DNA from: Lytechinus pictus
Taxonomy: Eukaryota
Length of the DNA: 64,000 nucleotides
Reading direction: 5' to 3'
Assembly: GCF_037042905.1 (NCBI RefSeq)
Contig: NC_087263.1
Coordinates: 14,014,001 to 14,078,000, forward strand
Below, piece by piece: positions 10,971 through 23,143 of the stretch. The notes under the pieces were generated by a model. It searched no databases and was not told where the DNA came from. It saw only the letters and a list, made by a program, of their open reading frames with translations. The position numbers and the translations under genes are program-made. How positions within the stretch are numbered: position 1 is the stretch's first letter; each line of letters starts with the position of its first letter.

Positions 10971-13211
10971 ATTTGGGGGGAAGGTGTAAGAATCATAATT
11001 TGTCTCCTAACACGACCCCGATTCTTCACTTTCGAAAAGAAAACATGTTGTTATACAATCTTTATACAACGAAAACATCGAGTCCCCATCCCCGAATGAA
11101 AAAAAAGTCGTATTGATTAGTTGATCACTATTGGTGTATATTATAAGTTATCGCCCGCGGGGAAACGCTATACGATATTCAATATTGCACCAAGTCGTTA
11201 TGAGCGTTCGATATTATGGGATAGGAATCTAATACTTCCAGTTGTGGCATTTTTCAAAGTCACTTCTTCCAGTCTCAGTGCGACATTTTCTGCTACACAT
11301 TCGTCCCATACCAGTGTACACCTCTTAATAAAGGCTTAATTTCATTGATTAGGCCGAAATATTTGGTTTTAGGGGCACCCTAACTTATTTTTGTTCATGT
11401 ACGGTATATAAATTTATTTTACATGACGTATGGGGCGGCTGACCGCATGTGACGTCACAAAAGGGAGGCGTTAAGAATGCATAACTCTGCAGTGTGTGTT
11501 AGGATGAATTTGCGCCGAACCTCCATTGGTACTAGTGTTTCTCTATGTATCATCATGTCTTAAAACCATCTTCATTTCAGATTGAGCCCTCCCTTTGAGA
11601 TATCCTCTTTTTTTTCGATTTTGCAAAACGTGCAAATGAATATAAAGCCTGAATGTATTTGAGATATGGAGAAATGATACCGATATCTTCATATCATCTA
11701 ATGTACTTTCCATTATACAGTTTATACGGAGTTTATCGTTCGTTAAATCCTCCTTTCCGATCAAATAATAATTTCTGATGTGAATATCATTAATGGAGAC
11801 AATATTTTGATAGCAATCGAATTACACCAACACACTGAAGTAGATTTGAAGATCCGTTAAAAACACCGCTGAATAGTAAAAAAATCAGTTTGTGGTAAAT
11901 GTGGAACACATATTGCAGGCCTTTTCAATACTTCAACGTTTCAATGGCGATAAATGATCAAGAATCAAGAAGCAATTAAGTTCATTTCCATCACAAAGAA
12001 AAAAATATATAAATCAAATATGATTACAAATCAACTGCATACCAATAATACAATAGCATCAATTTCAAAGTAAATCAAGATTGCAAAGTTTAATGGCAGC
12101 CATTTGTCAATTTACCGGGGAACTGGTCAACGACAAGACTTCGTGTAATATTTCAAAATGGAACGCGTCGTTCATAGAAGACCCGAAGCCGTAGGTTCCC
12201 TGGTTGATTATTAACAAGTATTCGATCTTACTTAGCAGACAGCCACGAATCACTATCATGACTCTGCTGACAAATCTATTTAACCCATGCCGTGCCACGG
12301 ACACATTTTTTGTGCAATAATAATTCGTTTTCTGGCAGATTAGGCTTCACAAAACAGCAATACTCATGACAGTGTCTGGGGATTAATTACTAGTAATACA
12401 CACAAAACAAGGACTTTTGCCTAATATCTCAAAGATGAAAAAGAAAATTTAGTTTTTTGATGAAAATTTGGGATAAACGAGTGAAATTAATTTTAATTTT
12501 TTTATTAAAACGAGAGCTTTTAAGGGACGATTCCGATTCGGATCTCCAAGTCAAATGAACATGATGAAGCGCACGTGAACATGGTGAAGTTGTTCTGTAC
12601 CTCGGGGTGTGCGAGTGTACGATTTGCATACAATCATGACAATCGAGATGTCATTAGAATTTAAACATGAGATTTTACCTTACTGATGAGGCAGAGGTGG
12701 ATCGAAGATATTGTGAAAGGAGAGGGGAGGGGACGCTAAGTATTTGTTTAAGTAGCGGTTAGTAAACCCCCACCACCACCACCCCCTCCCCCCCACCCCC
12801 AAAAAATGATATACCACTCCAAAACACGCAACAGATGAGTCGATTTATTCATATTTTTCTAACGATCAAGCAAGCATTAAAGACACACAGATCAACAAAA
12901 CAAAAAGAGGATGATACTTATCGGAGGGGGGGGGGGGGTCCATTTGAAGCTAAAGGGTGTGCCCCCCCCCCCCCCTTCGTCGCTTGCCATCATACCCTAT
13001 ATAGAGATAGCCGCGTAAACTCATTTTGGTTTAGATGGTGCGTTGTTGATGCTTTCTTACAACTAGAATGCTAATTCAATCTTCTACAGGATCTTGCATA
13101 TTAAGCTATCAGATATTCACAAAAGATCAATATGATATTGAAATGTTGTGATAATTATTATGATTGATATATCGTGAGTATGAATTTGTGAATGCAGGTT
13201 GTAGTTTTAAT

Positions 13212-13500
13212 CATTGATTGATTTTATTCGTCAAGAATATCACGGGAGATTACAATGAAATTGAAGAATACCTTGACAGGATAGCCCATGAAAGCCGAAA
13301 GGCTTATTTCCAATGGGGTCCTTTAGTTAGTATAAAACAATATATTGTAACAAAAAGTATAAACTACGACAAGTACTGGAATATGGTAAAAAAAATAAAA
13401 TACATACATACATATCCATCAGTCAAATAATTTGCAAACATCTGAAGCAAACAATAATCTTCCTAATATATGAAACAAGATTATATTTTAACATACCCTG
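13212..13500 (-). mobile_element. LINE (L2/CR1 group) 3' UTR remnant
   Basis: Plus strand GATTGATTTTATT corresponds to a minus-strand AATAAA plus tail; the stem-loop at 13279-13321 resembles the one at 35377-35424. Confidence 0.5.
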
Positions 13501-15626
13501 CATTATCATAATATCAATGATATGCTCTCACCAACTTCGTGCCCACCTCCGATTTTGACTAATGGGGCTATTGTATAATGGCATCTCTTACGGCAAAAAA
13601 AAATCCAGAAGTGCAAGAAACCACACGTGTCATATTTTAACGATGAGTGGTTCTTTTGTGACAAACGACAGTGCGGTCAAAAGTAACAACGCGGTCTTCT
13701 TTTAATTGTGTCATTTTTATTCTCCACGAAGGTTAGTTAATTCATATTTTGCCACCGCGCTTCAGCTTTTGTTCGCTAGTGTACCATCAACAATTTAAAT
13801 ATTTTTGAAGAAAAAGGAATCGTTGTCAATGAAAATATACAGAAGTGAGGAAAATATATTTCAACACTGAGTCATGTTGATCAGGAGAACGACTCGTCAT
13901 TGTCAGAACCATTTTCGTTCCATTTTGAATAAAATAGCCGAGCGCTTTTATCGAAGTGCATTTAATGGTGGAAGTCAAAAGTCCAAATGTGTTCATGATG
14001 GAAATATTGGATGATCGCTACAGAATATTTCCTATTGTGCTTCTTGTGGAAATGTGAAAGAAAAGTGAATTAAAGTTATGACTCATATCGCATTCCATAG
14101 TCCTTTTCCGATTGAAATCTCGCATGATATAAGTACAGACTGGTCTCGAAGGTTATAAGTGAGTCAGAGCGAAAAATATGGATGAACTTTAATGTTGTTG
14201 TTATCCCCCCCCCCCTTTCCCATTCTCTTCCTCCCTCCCCCTTTCTCTCTCCCTCTTCTTCTATCTCACACTCTCATTCCATCTCTACTATATTTCTCCC
14301 TTCTTTTCATTTTTTAAAAATCTAATGTATTAACTGTATGCGGGGGTGGGGTCAGAGTATTTTCATGGGGGGGGGGGGGTGGCAGGGGAAACCGACTATT
14401 TTTTGTTCTTTAATCAAAGTACAGGGATAATAAACATACCCTCTCTTTTTAATGCTTTTCTTTCTCTCTTTTTTTTTCTCCATCCACCTTCTTAAAAAAA
14501 AAGCCACATCATCGAAATAGACACGAAATGAAATACTCTCCTGCTCTTTGTTGTGTTTAAAAAACGTGCCCCCCCCCCTGGTACCGCCCCTGAGTGCAAA
14601 TTCAGATACATATTGTATTGATTATGACGGCCTTCCTCTTTCTATCTCTTCTTTTACTCAGCCCGACCCATTCCGTCTATCAACATTTCGTCTAACAACC
14701 ATTTGGTCCAATAATCACGAGTTGGCAATGGACGAATTGGCATTAGACCAAATGAAAATAGACCGTGACTACTTTCAACTTTCGTTTATTCTGGTGATAG
14801 AAATCGATGTCACTGTGAATTGAGAAGTTCTTGTCAAAGGGTTGATCACTCGTTTTCTTATATAAGTTGAAACTCGTAACTTCTTCTCACTTTGCAATCG
14901 GAATCAATATCAAATTTCACTGATCCGCTCCTCTCTTTCCTGCGTGAAATCAACTCCATGCCTGACTTCTGCCTTTAAAAGTACGCCACTTTAAAGCGTC
15001 TGGAAACATGATCGAGGCTAAAATTGGCTCGATTTGAGAGCTTGCGTGTCGAAAAGAACATCGGGAAAAATGGCAAATTTTCGTCGGGTAGGAAATTATC
15101 GATATAGCATATGGCTATATCATGACCACTTGCACTATGCTGGAAATAGATTTTTCTCTTTTTTGTCTGTCAAGTGGACAAGACATTAAAAGCATATGAG
15201 GTATGGTATCAAATCATAAGAGGTTCGGCATGTTCGGGTGGAGGGGTGTACGTGTCTGTGTGTGGGGGCGGGGCATGCTCCCTAATTTTATACTCTATAA
15301 TCTGGCTATATCTGGTAAAAATGAGGAAATTGAATACAAAAAAGGGAAAATAATGAAAGGAGTGACATTGTAGTCAGTCGTTTTTTATTTATTTTCTGTG
15401 GGGAAATTATCGATCTTACGGATGCTGCAAAAAATGGCATCAAACTATGCTTAAGAACATTCTCACCTTGACGCAAAAACCCCCGTGACTAAAAGCTTTA
15501 GAGAACATGGGAATGTGAAAAAAAAACGCGATACACCATATCCAGTGTACTTTTACTCATTTTCACTGTCCCTTTTATATTGTATTGAAGCTATATTCAC
15601 TTGATTATAGTTCTCACACCATGCGC

Positions 15627-16430
15627 ACTAGTGTGTTCACATTGTATTCACCTAGTGTGTTAAGTGTGTTCACAGTGTTTTCATAATGTATACAAGTGGG
15701 TATGTGTTTACAATATTTTCACCTAGTGTGTTCACAATATGTTTACCTAGTGTGTTCACAATGTGTTTACCTAGTGTGTTCACAATGTGTTTACCTAGTG
15801 TGTTCACAGTGTGTTCACAATGTGTATACCTAGTGTGTTCACCTAGTGTGTTCACAATGTCTTTACCTAGTTTATTCACCTAGTGTGTTCACAATGTATT
15901 TACCTAGTGTGTACACGATGTGTTCACCTAGTGTGTTCACAATGTGTTCACCTAGTGTGTTCACAATGTGTTCACATAGTGTGTTTACAATGTGTTTACC
16001 TAGTGTGTTCACTGTGTATTCACAATGTGTTCACATAGTATGTTCACAATGTATTTACTTTAGTGTGTTCACAATGTGTTAACCAAGTGTGTTCATAATG
16101 TGTTTACCTAGTGTGTTCACCTTGGGCCCGTTGCATAAAACTTTTTACCTGAGAAAACTCAGGTTGTTTTTACCGGAGTTTTTGCCCTGTGTTAGTCAAT
16201 GGCAGAAATCAGACTAACCTTAGTTTTCAGTTTTTACCAGAGTTTTCTCAGGTAAAAAGTTTTATGCAACAAGCCCCTTGTGTGTTCACGATTGTTTACC
16301 TAATGTATTCACAATGTATTTCCTAGTGTGTTCACAATGCGTTTACGTAGTGCGTTCACAATGTATTTCCTAGTGTGTTCACAATGCGTTTACGTATAGT
16401 GCGTTCACATGTGCTCATCAAGTGTGTTCA
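15627..16430. repeat. Minisatellite, ~24-bp unit CCTAGTGTGTTCACAATGTGTTTA with variants
   Basis: About 25-30 degenerate tandem units. These give rise to the spurious repetitive ORFs 15670-15879, 15686-15883 and 15846-16082. Confidence 0.95.
16124..16276. mobile_element. Harbinger-like MITE inserted in the minisatellite
   Basis: TIR GGGCCCGTTGCATAAAACTTTTTACCTGAGAAAACTC / GAGTTTTCTCAGGTAAAAAGTTTTATGCAACAAGCCC, with CTT(G) on both flanks. Confidence 0.9.
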
Positions 16431-16730
16431 GAGTATTCGTGTGGTGGAGTTGTTATTCACACTGTTAAAATGCCCAGAATTAACATTGTGACATTACCAC
16501 ACTGTGGACACCTCTACAGCGTAAGTTGTCACACTGGGCTCACATTGTAGAATATGTTAACATGGTTAAAATATGATTCACACTAATAATACTCAAATGT
16601 AACAATGTGGAGAAAACAACACACTGTGAGTACCTCAACAGTGCGAATATTCACAGTGTTTACTGTGTGACGATGTGACACACACTGTTAAAATGCTTAA
16701 ATCTTAAGATACTCTGTCATTTCCAGCAGG
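16431..16730. mobile_element. Terminal region of the CACACTGT sub-repeat element
   Basis: Similar to 7541-7807; ends TTTCCAGCAGG. Confidence 0.55.
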
Positions 16731-17362
16731 AACTAGCAGTGACATTTCCACGGTTCAATCGAGGTACTGTTCATTATGAGAACATCATGCCATATTACAT
16801 ATATTATGTTCAAATCACATTCACTAGACACAAAGCTATAGGGAATCAGTCAGCCAAGTATACTTATGAAAAGTTCAATGAACTTTCCATTGTTATCATT
16901 ATGTGAACTTGTGTTATCATTGTGCTATCACTATATTATCATTTACCATGTGATGTTATCATTCTTTTTGGCAAGAATGGCCATGAAAACATACTGATTT
17001 TCAAATAATAAGCATAGTTTACTTGGAGTGGCGGGTATTAGAAAATATGAAAGTTTTTTGTTTAGTTACGTCGTACTTAGACTTCTACTTATTCTTTAAT
17101 CATATTTTGATCCAGATATGATCAGGAAAGCTATCGATCCATATCGATCAAAGAAAGTAAGACAGCCGAACATCCGACATCGATAAAAAACACAGACGAC
17201 ATGGATGCCTAAGAAGGCTGCCGACGTCTAAACCCTTGAGTGTGTCCATACGGGGTTTTTAATCAAGATAAAGGTTAGACTGATTGTAGATGGTGTTCAG
17301 ACTTGGCTCCTGGTTTAATGTTCTGGTTTTGTCAGGTATTTTCTTCGTTAATGTCAATTTAA

Positions 17363-17754
17363 AGGTTAAAGACAGTAGTTGCAGCAAACAATTATTTCAT
17401 GGGAAAGTCTTTAAAAACAAGGTTAATTGCCACAATATTATCATAGATCAAGATCTGGTACATTGAAATAAACTTATCTTTGTGAATTCTTGATATTTTA
17501 CTGAAAACCGATAATTCTGATGATCTTTAACACAGGAAAGCATATGTGGGACAGTGTATTAATAATGCTCGGAAAAATACCCGGCATTTGATCGAATTCC
17601 GTGCTTATTTTGCTCATTTCTAAGCAATTACACATTTTCTTGTAGAGTCAATTGACACATATTTTTTATTCATACATACAAATACTTTACTGGTAATTTT
17701 ATTGGATTATGTTGGAACTCATTTTGTGCTCGTTATCAAATCTGGTATTTATCT
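17363..17754. mobile_element. Kolobok-like non-autonomous element (TTAA flanks), diverged
   Basis: TTAA|AGGTTAAAGACAG...CTGGTATTTATCT|TTAA, with a short imperfect TIR. Confidence 0.6.
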
Positions 17755-17825
17755 TTAAAGTCGTTTTATCAATCATAGAATAATGTGTCATAATAAAGGC
17801 TGTTTAAAAACAGGGTTCGCGGAAC

Positions 17826-18158
17826 CGGGTACGCTTTATTTCCAATTCGTCTAATGCCAATTCGTCAAATTGCCATCGCGTCTACTATCATTTGGTCTAC
17901 CATCAATTCGTCCACTCACCACATGGTCTACTTTCATTTAGTCTAATGCCATTCCGTCTAATAACCAGTTGGTCAAATAGCCATTTAGTCCATATACCGT
18001 TTGGTCTAATTGGACTAAGTGTTAAATTGTGCAAAATGAATGAAAATGAAATGGATATTAGACCTATTGGTTATGAGACGAAATGTTGATGGACGGAATG
18101 GCATTAGACTAAATGAAGGTAGACCAAGTGGTGAGTGGACGAATTGGCAATTTACCCG
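17826..18158. mobile_element. Fold-back element with ~15-16-bp periodic sub-repeats
   Basis: CGGGTA...TACCCG ends. The left arm has tandem TT(C/G)GTCTA units and the right arm their reverse complements (TAGACC/TAGACT/TGGACG). A fragment of the same family lies at about 14665-14765. Confidence 0.8.
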
Positions 18159-18530
18159 CACAATTCCAAACCGTTCCGCGCTGACTGAAAAGAGGAGTTA
18201 CACTTATCATGTTGCCAGTAAAAAGCGACTTAGATCCTTGTCTGATGTGAAGTTGAGATGAAAAAAATACACTACAAATAAGTCTGGCTTGCTTGAAATT
18301 ACATTCATTTCACTACCAAGCGTGATTTTACTGGTGTCGCTTAGACGCTTACACACTCAGGAAACAAAAAGCGGGACAAACTATAAACTATAAACGGAGG
18401 GGTATTTTTCAGTAACTTTTTGTGCTCTTTTTGCTCATTAATCTGTAACTTTTTTTCTGAAAATCGTTTTGCAGATATCATTTTTATATACTGCATAATA
18501 TAATATAATAGACGGGATTTACACTGCTAA

Positions 18531-18825
18531 TAAACATTGTCCTTACGAAGTTCCTGGTTTAATGTTGTAATAACAAATATTCCACTTCCTTACTGTCAAT
18601 TAAGTTAACCCTCATTAATCAAAAATTGACTATGTGTAGTAAATTCAATGATTCAGGCATTATAAAATATGGGGGTTAAGCTGAGAGTAAACACTGTCCT
18701 ACATTAGATCCTGGTTAATGCTATGGATTTTAATAGAAAAACAAATCCACTTCCTTATTGTTAAAATTAGCCATGATTAATCAACATTTAAAATATGTGC
18801 AATATTTCATTAATGAAGGCAATGA
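18531..18825. repeat. Degenerate ~157-bp tandem duplication
   Basis: TAAACA(T/C)TGTCCT..TCCTGGTT(T)AATG..TCCACTTCCTTA(C/T)TGT..ATTAATCAA..TATGTG..AGGCA recurs in order from 18531 and 18688. Confidence 0.7.
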
Positions 18826-19757
18826 CGAAACGCATGAGTTATATCATTTGTATTAAACAAGATACGTATAAAGGGATATATCTTTTAGCGAAGACTTAGA
18901 TAATAAGTATAAAAGCATACATGATTTTGCCACATAATATTGTACATAAATTTTACAAATAACAATATATTTCATCTTCTGAAGTATCCTTGACTTTGTA
19001 TATGGTTATTTCGTTGATTAATAAAAACACAAAATACAGAAGCACACACGCTTAGAAACAAAGCAAAAACAAGATTGGCATGTGTATATATCTAATGCCG
19101 GGTACTTTTTGCTTTTATTCTGGAACTTCAAAGTTCGTGTTGAAGAATCCCTTGAAAGTTCAAAGGAAGAACCACTTCCCATTAGAGATTTTATAGGAAA
19201 AAAAGACGAAATATTCTTTTATAATTCACCTTGTCTAAAAACTAAAGCATGACCTTGCGTAGGACTTCACACGGTCTTTAAAGTAATTGTTGTCTGCATG
19301 CATGGTCACATATCCATAAAGTGTACATGTCTGCAACTGGCGTATCCGCGGATGGAGGGGGTCGGGTTAGAGTGTCCCCGACAGAAGTTCGAAGACCTAT
19401 TATTTTATTTCTTAAATTTATTCATTTATTTTTTATTTATATATTTTATTTCCATTTTGTATTTATTTATTTATTTATTTTTATTTATTTATGTATTCAT
19501 TTATTTTTTTATTTGGGGGGGGGGGGTCTTTATTTCTAAGAATTTTTTCACTGAAAATACTTCCCGAAATGGAAATGGCCTATTTTTGTTATTTTGTGCA
19601 TGTTTGGGGGGCTTGTCAGAGAATTTTTGCCCCTTCTTGCGAGGTTGCTCAGGTAACACCACTGCATGTATGGCACATGTTTCGCAATCAGCGATTATTC
19701 GCTATTTTTGCCCAAAACCCCTTTTGGGTAAAGAGTGAGACAGCGAGGGGGTGCTAT

Positions 19758-20140
19758 TAAATTGAATTGAATTGATTTTATTTCATTCTTCATAAGAACA
19801 CATACACTGTATAAAAGTCAATACATACAAGTAAAACCAATGATGACCATATAAATACATGCTTATAGAAAAAATAACATAAGAAAACAACAAAGAAAAC
19901 AATTTATGTCGAATGAGGGGTCAACAAAAAAGAGCAAGTTGCCTTGTTGAGCGTTGACCCCCAAAATAAATACATGACAAAAATGAAACAGTCAAAGTCG
20001 TGGTAAACATACATGTATAATATTAGAGTACAAGTTTAATAAAAATAATCGAAAGGAACGTTTGAAGCTATTGACAGAAAGTTGATTCTTAAGATGGTTT
20101 GGAATAGTACTCCTAAGATGAGGACCATCTATAAAATACA
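19758..20140 (-). mobile_element. LINE (L2/Crack-like) 3' end
   Basis: Minus strand encodes FIDGPHLRSTIPNHLKNQLSVNSFKRS, like the GPxLWNxLPxxLK..SFK C-terminus of ORF2. Stem-loop at 19917-19961 and a (CAATT)n tail. Confidence 0.7.
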
Positions 20141-21323
20141 CTGCCCCCCCCCCCTCCTTACTTTAAGGGTACAGACCTTTTGTTTTCGAAAAGTGCAAAA
20201 GGCAAAGTCTGCATTAGTGAGACTAGATTTAATCATGTACTATGGCCGCTTGGTATAGGCATGGTATTATTTGTTTAAGTGTCAAAGTTAAGTCTGTGCT
20301 TGAAGACTACCACCTCCTCATGAAATAACACCACCATCAAACCTGCACCTACTACCTAGATGTATCAGCCTACATGACACAGTGGAATGAGGTCTGCAAT
20401 CATGAGACTATACTTGATTAAACCGATAATTTAGACTGAAAATTCATTCTGGATCCGAGGTTGTGAAAGGAATGGGCACCACGTTACCAAGGCCTATGGA
20501 TCTCATAATGGTACAATTATCCATTGATAACCGTGCTCTGGTATCATGACTAATATAAGCCCTTTCCGGAAAATAATGAAAGGCGCGTTCATTATCCCCC
20601 GGTATACAATTCAGATTGTTCTCCCCCCCGCCCGGCTTTGAGCTTTAGTGAGGTCGTAAGAAATCGTTACTCCTACATCTGTATATCTCACAAACCAGAT
20701 GATTTCGCTACACTGATGAAACAATGGAAAATTGCTGAACAAAATGCTTTCCTTTGTGTGACTGAAGCGACAATATTTCATATTTGTATAAATCCTTCTT
20801 TTCTGTTACCCCCCCCCCCCCCCTTTACCCCGCTTTTAGGTACGCTTCTCATAATTGAGATAAGATTTCGGGCTTCGGACTTTCCAACCCCTCGACTTCC
20901 CCGCCCTAGTGATATCAGATTGTGATAGATGCTCTCCGAATGTTCACTGTATGCCTCCAATGTTATTCCACTTACATCCAACAGCGAGTTGGTGTTCCAA
21001 ATTCAATGAATAATCTCGAATGAGTAAAGTCACGCTATAATTATGAGTTTAGACAACAAAACACGCGAATTCGGGCAATTTCCGAGGACGATTGTGCTCT
21101 AAAAATTCCTCATAAATATTCCATTTAGATTTTCAATTTTTCATATAAGCTAAGCCATCACATGTTTTCATCAAGTCTATATTTGGATAATCCATGTCGT
21201 GCTAGTCCGTGGTTGTCATGGTAACAGGCTCAACTTATCAAATATTATTAAAAGCAAATGCTTTTATATCCCCACCTCACATCACGCCTTTATTTCTCAA
21301 ACTTAATGATATATAGTTGCAGT

Positions 21324-21523
21324 CATAGGCGGCGGAAGCGGGGGGGGGGGCGGAGGGGACAGATCCCACCCTAAATTTGAGGTGGGGGGACGGTCCCCCC
21401 CCCTAAATTTTTTGTTGATAACTTTTTTTTTTTTTTTTTTTTGCTTGTCAATTTTTTTTACCTGTGTCCATCACAAAATTTTAGGTGGACCCCCCCTAAA
21501 TTTTTCGCCTTCCGCCGCCAATG
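21324..21523. mobile_element. hAT-like MITE, 200 bp, 8-bp TSD
   Basis: GTTGCAGT|CATAGGCGGCGGAAG...CTTCCGCCGCCAATG|GTTGCAGT. Confidence 0.92.
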
Positions 21524-21821
21524 GTTGCAGTATGGTATTTCTTATTTAAAGGCATAAATGATAATAATATAATGTAACTACTACCCTTACTACTACTATT
21601 AAAAAAATGAATGAACGCATTAATAAACAAATCAATAAATACAAGTGAGAATAGCAATACAGAAAATGAAAAAAAATTAATAAGTGAAAGGAAGTAATAA
21701 TTCCAAAATCAACCAAAAATAATATGGAAATATAATTCATCATCGTGCTAATGTTTTTGTTTTCATACATCTCTACAATGCTGCATTATAATAAAAAACC
21801 GTTCATGTAAATTTTAGTTAA

Positions 21822-22196
21822 AGTGATTGGTTAACATTGGTTTGACTTTTAAAAGATCTGAGCTAGAAGGTCACACTTGTCACCTGTGTCTGTGATGTTA
21901 CAAAAATGAAGCCCAGAAAAAATTGCGTTCGAAATAATTATTTAGTGCTTCAAAAATTGAAATATAAAGTGACCGAAAACACCATCTTAATTTCATCCCA
22001 TACACTTATGTGTACTATTTAGGCGTCTATAAGACGCCTATTTACAAAATTGGGGTTTGCCTTGTATTTTTAGCTTTTCATTCTCAATAATGGTTGTTTT
22101 CAGGGTCTATTAGTTCTAATACATGCACTTGTACACATGTTTCATCTTGGTTTGAGAATTTTTTAAATCGGCTGCTCACAAAGTTAAACAATACCT
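21822..22196. mobile_element. Kolobok-like non-autonomous element (TTAA flanks)
   Basis: TTAA|AGTGATTGGTTAAC...GTTAAACAATACCT|TTAA, imperfect TIR. Confidence 0.65.
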
Positions 22197-23035
22197 TTAA
22201 CCAAGTTCCACACAAAATCCCAAGTCAATCGAAATCTGCAACGATGTCTTTGTATGAAAACTTTTGGAAAGTGCAAACGGTTCTAAATTTACATGTATTT
22301 CTACATCCCTATTTTTCATCGTTAGAATCAAGTATTTACATAACTGTAAACTAAATCATATCTGACATGCTAGCGGTGAGATGTGAAATGTTTGATAGCA
22401 AAATAAATGATGTTTTTATAATATCGCTGAGCAACGGCGGGCTTTAATGAGAAATATGATTAACTACAGTATCAGACAATATTGCTCCGCGGCGAGGACA
22501 AAAGCCATAAAATTCGGGAAGCGACGAGAAGAGTCAATTTGGAAAGAGTACATCAATTATTGTATTAATACACCGTTTGAGGCATTTATTATCTAAGCCC
22601 AAAAGCCTCAATATGACATTGGATGTAAAATTGCCCTTTCAATGTACTGCCACTGACATCAAACTGAATGGGGGGGGGGGCTTACCCTAGCTTGGGTCTA
22701 CGTTGAACACAGTGCATTCAAGCATATCTAATATGGCATCTGTCTTATCGGAAGATTGAAATTGTATTTTCGTTTTATGGTACTTTTGAAACATGTTCCT
22801 TCCCTTTGTATATGCACTCTTTCCCTCCCCTCCCCTCCCCTCTCTCCCATTCTCCCCTCTGTATCTCTCTCTCTCTTTCTTTTCTATCTCTCTTTCATTC
22901 TCCACTCCCCTCTTCATATGATTTATCAGCAATCAACCGAAATTGCTATCCAATCTTCATAACTAAGTGAAATACATTATTTAGGAGCGAGAAGAACAAA
23001 GGGAGGGGGGGGGGTTCAGAATCAACGCTTTGCTA

Positions 23036-23143
23036 CAGTCACATCAACGAAACGGACTCCAAATCGATCGACGACAGTCCAATGCCATTCGAAATAACGT
23101 AATATATCTGTGATCGGTCTGGAGTCGGTATCGTTGGTGTGAC
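23036..23143. mobile_element. ~105-bp hairpin element, right end fused to the next MITE
   Basis: CAGTCACATCAACGAAACGGACTCC...GGAGTCGGTATCGTTGGTGTGAC. Confidence 0.85.

Noticed and set aside
15627..16430. CRISPR array or repeat-protein gene
   Set aside because: No unique spacers, no cas genes, eukaryotic context; the ORFs arise only because the period is a multiple of three.
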